DNA of 49,776 nucleotides from Clostridia bacterium (GTDB lineage Bacteria; Bacillota; Clostridia; Oscillospirales; CAG-272): NCBI GenBank assembly GCA_017463815.1, contig JAFTOK010000169.1, positions 1 to 49,776 of the forward strand, read 5' to 3'. Shown piece by piece: positions 43,441 to 49,776 of this stretch (position 1 is its first letter; each line of letters starts with the position of its first letter). The notes under the pieces were generated by a model. It saw only the letters and a program-made list of their open reading frames with translations, ran no database searches and was not told where the DNA came from. The position numbers and the translations under genes were made by a program.

Positions 43441-43661
43441 AAATCATCAATATCAACCGCCTCCACCTCGGGCAGAGGGGGGCGTTTTGCGGGTTCGCGT
43501 TTAAGTGGGTCGTAACTAAACTTGCGGCAAGAGCCGTTTTCGCGCACAAGACCTTTTTTTGCGCAAATAACAAATTCGTTCCCGTCTTTATCCGAAGGCG
43601 CGGGTGTGCCGTATTCGCAAAAAACGCAAGCACGCTCTATTTCCACATCAAATTTTGCCAT
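43437..43661 (-). CDS. Small Cys-containing hypothetical protein, translationally coupled to mutS2
   Basis: The ATG at 43661 follows GGAGGTG. The protein is MAKFDVEIERACVFCEYG...FVICAKKG...GSCRKF. Its TGA stop overlaps the mutS2 ATG as ATGA. Confidence 0.55.
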   Translation of the reverse strand: MAKFDVEIERACVFCEYGTPAPSDKDGNEFVICAKKGLVRENGSCRKFSYDPLKREPAKRPPLPEVEAVDIDDL

Positions 43662-43781
43662 ATTCACCTCCGAATTGTCAAGGGAGCCACGAATGGGCAT
43701 AGTTCTCCCAATGATAATAGTTATACATATACAGTATAACTCACTCCGAGCTTTTTTTCCACAGTTTTTTTGAAATTTTTA

Positions 43782-44858
43782 TTATTTTTTTGAAAAAAAT
43801 CGAAATATTTTTAAAAAAACCACCAAAACAATGGCAGAAAACAAACAAATCACGGCAAAAACAAGTGCCGTTTCCCACACAGCGCTTACTTTCGCCTGCT
43901 CCCGCCCGAAAAGGAAAACGGCGCACATTTCCCCGCCGAATTCAAAAACCTTACCGAAAAATACGGCAAGCACGCCGCACAAAAGCGCTTGTACGCATTT
44001 GCAAAGCAAATATTTTCGCAAGTTCACGCCTGTGTCGCCGAGTGCATCCGCCGTTTGCAAAAACACGGAAAAACCGCCGAAACCAAGCATAAGCCCACCG
44101 AGAAAACAGCTTTCTCCCACATCTGCAAGGCGCGAAAAACCGCAGCTTATTTCAAGCATACCCGACATAAGCGCCGCCGCTTCCCCCGAAAGCGGAAAAA
44201 TGTGCAAAATCATAGCCGAAAAAACGTAGAAAAACGTGACGAACGAGCAAACAGCGAGCGCGGCATACCCGCTTTCCTTTACAGAAGACGTAAGCGCCGC
44301 AAGCGGCCGCACGGGGGCTCCCGTTTCGAGCACACGAGCAGGCATACCTCCTTTTTTGCGCGTGAGCAAAAGCAGAAAAAGCGCGGAGAAAACCTGCGCC
44401 GCAAGCAAAACCGCGCCAAAGCGTGTGTCCGAAAACATACCGCCAACCGCCCCCACGAGAAACGCGGGCGACGCCGCTGTGGCGAAGGGCAAAACGCGCT
44501 CTGCCTCTGCACGCTCCATTTTTCCCGAGGCTAGGTATTCACCCCCCACCACAGCCCCCGTGGGGTAACCCGAAAGAAGCCCCAGCAGTATGACCGCCGC
44601 GCCGCACGGCGAAACGCCGAAAAACCGCTCCAAAGCCCCGTGTGTTATGCGCGAAAAAATCGCGGCAAAGCCGCATTTGGCAAGCATTTTTGCCGCAACC
44701 ACAAAAAGAAAAAGGCTGGGCACCACTCGTCTGATACAAAGCGAAAGCGCAGAAAAAGCCGCACCTGCCGCCACCTGAGGGCGCAAAACCGCAAAAATCA
44801 CCGCACACAGACACACGGCACAGAGAAAAATATTGAGCACACGCTCTTTTTTTGTCAT
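43782..44858 (-). CDS. ylbJ: Sporulation integral membrane protein YlbJ (nucleoside-recognition-domain family)
   Basis: It is a multi-TM protein with ...VVPSLFLFVVAAKML... and ...LLSGYPTGAVVGGEY.... It sits in the conserved position next to yqfC. I chose the ATG at 44858, 8 nt after GGGGAG. Confidence 0.7.
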   Translation of the reverse strand: MTKKERVLNIFLCAVCLCAVIFAVLRPQVAAGAAFSALSLCIRRVVPSLFLFVVAAKMLAKCGFAAIFSRITHGALERFFGVSPCGAAVILLGLLSGYPTGAVVGGEYLASGKMERAEAERVLPFATAASPAFLVGAVGGMFSDTRFGAVLLAAQVFSALFLLLLTRKKGGMPARVLETGAPVRPLAALTSSVKESGYAALAVCSFVTFFYVFSAMILHIFPLSGEAAALMSGMLEISCGFSRLADVGESCFLGGLMLGFGGFSVFLQTADALGDTGVNLRKYLLCKCVQALLCGVLAVFFGKVFEFGGEMCAVFLFGREQAKVSAVWETALVFAVICLFSAIVLVVFLKIFRFFSKK

Positions 44859-44930
44859 TATTTCCACTCCCCTTCACATAAAAATAGATATGCAGGCAAT
44901 TTTTACGTTATCCGTGCGGGAGGGCAAAAA

Positions 44931-45209
44931 ATGAAAAAACAGCAAAATAACAAAGGAAAAAAAGAAAGAAACACGTTCTTTGCGCGCACGCTCGCCGCCA
45001 CCGCGCCGCGAATGACCATAGAATGTGCCGAAAGATATGCTCTGCTCCTCTGCGGCTGCAAGAAAATAGAGGCGTATTCGCCGACGGAAACCGTGCTCGC
45101 CACCGCCGCTTGCCGCGTACGCGTGCGCGGGGCAAAGCTGTGCATTTCTTTTACGGGCGACGGAAAAATTTTGCTTTCGGGCACTATTTCGGCAATAGAA
45201 TTTGAATAG
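44931..45209 (+). CDS. yqfC: Sporulation protein YqfC (YabP family)
   Basis: The internal ATG follows GGGAGGG. It is a 92-aa protein ending ...KLCISFTGDGKILLSGTISAIEFE and is immediately followed by yqfD. Confidence 0.7.
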   Translation: MKKQQNNKGKKERNTFFARTLAATAPRMTIECAERYALLLCGCKKIEAYSPTETVLATAACRVRVRGAKLCISFTGDGKILLSGTISAIEFE

Positions 45210-45212
45210 AAG

Positions 45213-45358
45213 TTACCGCGCGAGATACGTTCGACTGCGCCCTGCCGTCAGTCATTCTGAGCGTAGGGCATTGCCCGAAGTCGAAATTTTGCGTCAGCAA
45301 AATCGCCAAAGGCGGAATCTCGGCAGGGCTTCGCTCAGTATGACAACGCGCGGTGTAA
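45213..45358. repeat. 146-bp structured element with terminal inverted repeats in the yqfC-yqfD spacer
   Basis: The termini are TTACCGCGCG and CGCGCGGTGTAA. Internal complementary pairs are GCCCTGCCG/CGGCAGGGC and GTCATTCTGAGCG/CGCTCAGTATGAC. The central hairpin is ATTTTGC-GTCA-GCAAAAT. Confidence 0.6.
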
Positions 45359-45376
45359 ATTCTCACGATTTCTATT

Positions 45377-45406
45377 TTGACAAAGGCTTAAAATATGTAA
45401 TATTAT
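45377..45406 (+). promoter_or_regulatory. Possible promoter for yqfD
   Basis: It reads TTGACA, an 18-nt spacer, then TATTAT. yqfD homologs are expected to be sporulation-sigma dependent, so this call is tentative. Confidence 0.3.
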
Positions 45407-45420
45407 ACAAGGAGCAAAAT

Positions 45421-46599
45421 ATGAGCAAGCTTACACGTTTTCTTTTCGGTGCGTATACGCTTACCGTGCCCTCGGAACGGGCGCGCGACGTTTTCAACGT
45501 ACTTATAACAAACAACATTCCTTTCGGCAAAACGAAAGAAAAAGATGGCGGCGTTTCCGTATGCCTTTCGCCGAAAGGCTACCGCAGATACCGCAAAATC
45601 TGCGGCGAAGAATTTCTTTTCGGGGAAAAGGCACGGGAAATAGGCGCTTTCGCCATATTGAGGCGCTACCGCCTGCGCTTCGGAATGTTCGCGGGGGCGC
45701 TTATTTTTGCGCTCTCCGTTTTTCTTTCCTCGTTTTTCGTTTGGGATATCAACGTGAGCGGTAACGTGAACCTGACCGAGGCAGAAATTATGGAGCGGCT
45801 GGACGCCTACGGTTTCCGCCTCGGCACGTTCATACCGAGCGCCGACACAGACGAAATATGCGAGCGCATACTTCTGGAGGCCGGCAACATTTCGTTTATG
45901 AAAATCAATATGCGCGGTACTGTGGCGAGTGTGGAAATACACGAACGCAAAAACGACGCCGTGGCAGAGGAAGACACATCCCCCTCCAACCTCGTGGCAA
46001 AATACGACGCACAGATAGAGCGCTTCGAGGTAAGCGGCGGGGTGCCCGCCGTGGAATATCTGCAAGCGGTGAAAAAAGGCGAGCTTCTCGTTTCGGGAAT
46101 AATAGATTCCAACGCCCTCGGTTATCGCCTCGTTCGGGCGCGCGGCAAGGTTTTCGCGCGCGTAACACTCGCTTTTGAAAGCACAATTCCCTTTGAAACC
46201 ACCCAAAAAACGTACACGGGCAAGGAAATCTCTGAAAAAAGTATAAAATTTTTCTCAAAATCGCTGAATCTTTTAAAAAATACTAACATTCCTTACGAAA
46301 AATATGATACAATAGTAAATGAAGAAAAATTATACCTTTTCGGAATTATAGAACTTCCCATATTCGTCTGCTCTGTGACGTACAAGGAATACGAGGAAAA
46401 ACCGTATACCTTAACGAGAGAAGAAGCGTACGCACGCGCACGCACGGCACTGAGCGAACAAACCGAAAGCGCGCTTGCCGAGGCGGAAATTCTTTCCCGC
46501 TCCACAAGCCTTACAGAGGACGAAACGGCGATGCATCTGCGCACGGAAGTTTACTGCATCATAGACATAGCCGAGGAGGTAAAAATATCAACAAACTAA
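45421..46599 (+). CDS. yqfD: Sporulation protein YqfD
   Basis: The internal ATG follows AAGGAG. It has MSKLTRFLFGAYTLTV..., a central TM segment and ...WDINVSGN... typical of YqfD. It shows synteny with yqfC and phoH. Confidence 0.8.
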   Translation: MSKLTRFLFGAYTLTVPSERARDVFNVLITNNIPFGKTKEKDGGVSVCLSPKGYRRYRKICGEEFLFGEKAREIGAFAILRRYRLRFGMFAGALIFALSVFLSSFFVWDINVSGNVNLTEAEIMERLDAYGFRLGTFIPSADTDEICERILLEAGNISFMKINMRGTVASVEIHERKNDAVAEEDTSPSNLVAKYDAQIERFEVSGGVPAVEYLQAVKKGELLVSGIIDSNALGYRLVRARGKVFARVTLAFESTIPFETTQKTYTGKEISEKSIKFFSKSLNLLKNTNIPYEKYDTIVNEEKLYLFGIIELPIFVCSVTYKEYEEKPYTLTREEAYARARTALSEQTESALAEAEILSRSTSLTEDETAMHLRTEVYCIIDIAEEVKISTN

Positions 46600-46622
46600 A
46601 ACTGCTCGGAGGTAGATTTTAT

Positions 46623-47663
46623 ATGAACGAAAAAGTTCTTCTGACCGACACAATGGAGCAAACCGCAAATATTTTCGGAAATTTCGATATGAACACCGCC
46701 TTAATCGAAAAGGCTTTCGACGTTTCCATAACCAACCGCGAATCGCAAACGACGGCGGGTGACGCCATAGTCGTTCGCGGAGAGGACGGCGAAGGGGTAA
46801 AGCGCGCCTACGACGTGCTGGAATACCTCAAGGGTGTAGCCGCGCGCGGAAACGAAATAACGGAGCAAACCGTGGATTACATTATAGGCACGGTAAAAGG
46901 CGGCGAAAAGCTCGAACTCTTCGGCGATGACTGCATTTGCGTAACCACACAGGGCAAGCCGATTAAGGCACGCACCGTCGGGCAAAAAAAATATATAGAT
47001 TTAATTCGCAAAAACACCATCGTTTTCGGCATAGGCCCTGCGGGCACGGGCAAAACGTTCCTTGCCGTTGCCGCCGCGTCCACGGCTTTCCGAAACAAAG
47101 AGGTTTCGCGTATTATTCTCACCCGCCCCGCCGTGGAGGCCGGCGAAAAGCTCGGCTTTTTGCCCGGCGACCTGCAAATGAAAATTGACCCGTACCTGCG
47201 CCCGCTCTACGATGCGCTCTTTGAAATGTTCGGTGCGGAAACGTACCAAAAGCACATAGAGCGCGGCTCTATAGAAATAGCGCCGCTCGCCTATATGCGC
47301 GGCAGAACGCTCGACGATTCCTTTATAATCCTCGACGAAGCGCAGAACACCACGCCCGAACAGATGAAAATGTTCCTCACGCGCCTGGGCTCGGGCAGCC
47401 GCGCCATTATCACGGGCGACATAACGCAGGTGGACCTGCCTTTCGGCAAAAAAAGCGGTCTTACGGAAGCAATTAAGATTTTGCGCGGTATAGACGATAT
47501 AGCCATACACGAATTTAACGAACGCGACGTCGTGCGCCACAAGCTCGTACAGAAAATCGTCGTGGCATACGACAAATACGAGCGTGAAACACGCATAAGA
47601 GAAGAAGCCAAAAAAGAGGAACAAAAACAAAAATTCAAAATCGTCAAAAGGAATCAGCAATGA
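46623..47663 (+). CDS. phoH: PhoH family ATPase
   Basis: It has Walker A (GPAGTGKTFLAV), ...LTRPAVEAGEKLGFLPGDL... and ...ILDEAQN.... Confidence 0.9.
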   Translation: MNEKVLLTDTMEQTANIFGNFDMNTALIEKAFDVSITNRESQTTAGDAIVVRGEDGEGVKRAYDVLEYLKGVAARGNEITEQTVDYIIGTVKGGEKLELFGDDCICVTTQGKPIKARTVGQKKYIDLIRKNTIVFGIGPAGTGKTFLAVAAASTAFRNKEVSRIILTRPAVEAGEKLGFLPGDLQMKIDPYLRPLYDALFEMFGAETYQKHIERGSIEIAPLAYMRGRTLDDSFIILDEAQNTTPEQMKMFLTRLGSGSRAIITGDITQVDLPFGKKSGLTEAIKILRGIDDIAIHEFNERDVVRHKLVQKIVVAYDKYERETRIREEAKKEEQKQKFKIVKRNQQ

Positions 47664-48142
47664 AAGTAACCGTATATTTTACAAATAAGCAAGACAAGCA
47701 AAAAATAGGCTACCGCCTGCGCGAGCTCATAAAAACGGCTATTACGAAAACGCTTGCTCACGAGCGTTTCCGCAAAGACGCGGAAGTTTCCGTAAGTTTT
47801 GTGGATAACGAAGAAATCCACAAGCTGAACCTGGAGTTCCGCGGCAAGGACAAGCCCACAGACGTGCTCTCCTTCCCTATGTGGGAGGACGACGAAATCG
47901 GCGGCGACGTAGACCCAGCTCTGGGCGCGGTTATGCTCGGCGACATAGTTATTTCCACAGAGCGCGCAAAAGAGCAAGCCGAGGAATACGGCCACAGCCT
48001 CACACGCGAGGTTTGTTTCCTCGCGGTACATTCCACGCTCCACCTCATTGGCTATGACCACGAAACGAGCGAAGCACACGAAAAATATATGAACGCCACA
48101 CAGGAAAAAATCCTCGCCAAAATGGGCTTAAGAAGAAAATAA
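47660..48142 (+). CDS. ybeY: rRNA maturation RNase YbeY
   Basis: It carries the H.L.H..GYDH zinc motif (AVHSTLHLIGYDHE). Its start overlaps the phoH stop as ATGA. Confidence 0.9.
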   Translation: MKVTVYFTNKQDKQKIGYRLRELIKTAITKTLAHERFRKDAEVSVSFVDNEEIHKLNLEFRGKDKPTDVLSFPMWEDDEIGGDVDPALGAVMLGDIVISTERAKEQAEEYGHSLTREVCFLAVHSTLHLIGYDHETSEAHEKYMNATQEKILAKMGLRRK

Positions 48143-48175
48143 ACATCAAACTATATCATAAAGGAAAATAAAATT

Positions 48176-49060
48176 ATGCAAAAGACAATATTTGCCGCTA
48201 TCGTCGGCAGACCCAACACAGGCAAATCCACGCTCCTCAACGCTATTCTCGGGCAGAAGGTTGCCATAACGTCTGCAAAACCGCAGACGACGAGAACGCG
48301 TATTACGGGCATTCTCACAAAAGACGAAACACAGTTTGTCTTCCTCGACACGCCCGGCATATACAAACCGCAGGACAAGCTCGGCTCCTATATGGTGCGC
48401 GAGGCTAACGGCGCAATAGGCGACGTAGACGCCGTGCTCCTTGTTGTGGAAAGCGGCAAACGCATTAGCGACGTGGAAAGAACAATCATCAAAAAGGTAT
48501 CCGAGGATATTCCCCTTATACTCGTCATAAACAAAACGGACGTAAGCAACGCCACACAGGTTGCCGAAACCATTTTGCGCTACAGCGCAGAGCGCGAATT
48601 CACCGCCGTCGTGCCGATTTCTGCCAAAAATAACGAGGGTGTAGACTACATCATCGACGAACTCGGCAAGTTCGCAAACGAAAGCCCCTGGTTCTTCCCC
48701 GACGACATCGTAACAGACCAGCCTGAGCGCGCAATAGCCGCCGAAATAATACGCGAGAAAATGCTCCGCCTGCTCGCAGAGGAAATTCCCCACGGCGTTG
48801 CTGTAGTAATCGAAGCGTTCGAGGAAACCTCGAAAATCATCAAAATTCGCGCAGAAATTTTCTGCGAAAAAGAATCTCACAAGCCCATCATCATCGGCAA
48901 ACGCGGCGATATGCTCAAAAAAATCGGCTCTATGGCGCGCGAAGATATGGAAAACATCTTCGGCATAAAAGTTTTCCTCGACCTTTGGGTAAAGGTTAAA
49001 GAAAATTGGCGCGAACAGAACGCCGCTATTGCAAACTTCGGTTTCAAAGACGAAATGTAA
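48176..49060 (+). CDS. era: GTPase Era
   Basis: G1 is GRPNTGKSTL, G3 is DTPG and G4 is NKTD. The C-terminal KH domain carries ...KPIIIGKRGDMLKKIG.... Confidence 0.92.
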   Translation: MQKTIFAAIVGRPNTGKSTLLNAILGQKVAITSAKPQTTRTRITGILTKDETQFVFLDTPGIYKPQDKLGSYMVREANGAIGDVDAVLLVVESGKRISDVERTIIKKVSEDIPLILVINKTDVSNATQVAETILRYSAEREFTAVVPISAKNNEGVDYIIDELGKFANESPWFFPDDIVTDQPERAIAAEIIREKMLRLLAEEIPHGVAVVIEAFEETSKIIKIRAEIFCEKESHKPIIIGKRGDMLKKIGSMAREDMENIFGIKVFLDLWVKVKENWREQNAAIANFGFKDEM

Positions 49061-49174
49061 TGGAAAGTGTGTGGGAGCATATTATGCTCCCCTGCAAATT
49101 AAAACAATTCCGTTCGGCAACGCCGAACACCTCAATTATTCATTATTCACTAAATCCTGCGCGAGGGGGTGCTT

Positions 49175-49776
49175 ATGCTCATAACCGTAAAAGGGCTTGT
49201 TATACGCGAAACGCCTGTGGGCGAGTTCGATAAGATGCTCACTGTGCTCACGGCGGAGAACGGCAAAATTGCCGTGTTTGCGCGCGGCGCGAAAAGAATA
49301 AAAAGCCCTTATTTCGTTTCCACGCATATGTTTTGCTATTCGGAATTTGTCCTGCGCAAAACCACAGATGTTTTTTATATAAACGATTGCTCGCTCATAG
49401 AGGGATTTTTCGATTTGCGCGCAACGCTGGAGGGCAGCGCCCTCGCAAGCTATATTGCCGACGTGGCACGCGACATTTCCACGGAAAACACGGACGAAAC
49501 CAAGCTTCTGCGCCTCACGCTGAACTGTCTTTTCGCCATAGCAAAGGGTAAAAAACCGCTACCGCTTATAAAAGCGGTGTTTGAACTCCGCGCCGTTTGC
49601 TACGCGGGCTTTTTGCCGCACCTTTCGGGTTGCGACGTCTGCGGAAAAGCTCCATTGCCCACATATTTTTTCGATATTGTGGGCGGCGTTTTCCTGTGCG
49701 AGGAGTGCTACCACGCGCGCGAGAAATTTTTCGAAACTGAGGCGGGCAAAATCAACGAAGCGGAAAGCATCTACGC
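49175..49776 (+). CDS. recO: DNA repair protein RecO, 3-prime partial because it runs off the window
   Basis: The ATG follows GAGGGGG, and the frame stays open to the end of the window. It is absent from the track because there is no stop codon. It has MLITVKGLVIRETPVGEFDKMLTVLT...GKIAVFARGA... and the zinc motif CDVCG...CEEC. Confidence 0.85.
   Translation, partial: MLITVKGLVIRETPVGEFDKMLTVLTAENGKIAVFARGAKRIKSPYFVSTHMFCYSEFVLRKTTDVFYINDCSLIEGFFDLRATLEGSALASYIADVARDISTENTDETKLLRLTLNCLFAIAKGKKPLPLIKAVFELRAVCYAGFLPHLSGCDVCGKAPLPTYFFDIVGGVFLCEECYHAREKFFETEAGKINEAESIY

Noticed and set aside
49073-49127. Two hairpins between era and recO: GGGAGCATA-T-TATGCTCCC and GTTCGGC-AAC-GCCGAAC.
   Set aside because: Neither is followed by a T-run, and era and recO are commonly co-transcribed. 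I saw no similarity to the repeat families described above, and there is too little evidence to call a terminator or regulatory element.

Overview
This 49.8-kb window looks like chromosomal DNA from a spore-forming Firmicute. A gut Clostridia (Oscillospiraceae or Ruminococcaceae-like) origin is my inference from gene content and repeat style, not a database result. Most of the window is housekeeping. It encodes a split transketolase, asnS, a PF12897-like aminotransferase, purB, ddl, type II pantothenate kinase, a UvrD/PcrA-type helicase and a CapD-like sugar dehydratase. It also carries gpr spore protease, prs, a rhaB-rhaA-aldolase rhamnose operon, mutS2, and the sporulation and ribosome-maturation block ylbJ / yqfC-yqfD-phoH-ybeY-era-recO. 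I found no rRNA, tRNA, CRISPR array, integrase or recognisable transposase. Many long ORFs in the six-frame track run antisense to recognisable genes and I reject them as artefacts. The unusual content is non-coding. An oriented family of nested-hairpin inverted-repeat elements has two arm types ending in GGATGAGG / CCTCATCC. It occurs as three short cargo-less copies (36-148, 4637-4825, 16784-16919) and one solo arm (8446-8492). One 1.3-kb copy (39687-41011) has arms that bracket an AT-rich orphan 394-aa gene wedged between mutS2 and the rhamnose operon. A compensatory stem substitution between two arms, and a 24-nt duplication flanking one copy, argue for a structured and probably mobile element. 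Other points worth a second look follow. An AT-rich islet encodes a streptopain (C10)-like secreted cysteine peptidase with a co-transcribed lipoprotein. A two-lipoprotein module is bracketed by TTTGTAGGG...ACGTCCC inverted repeats. A 146-bp inverted-repeat element splits yqfC from yqfD. A roughly 90-nt structured intergenic module is present twice. A tandem paralog pair has one copy interrupted by an in-frame TAA. A membrane protein has a Gly/His/Pro-repeat N-terminus. There are also two unusual domain fusions, GT4+CsaB and TauE+polyprenol-kinase-like.
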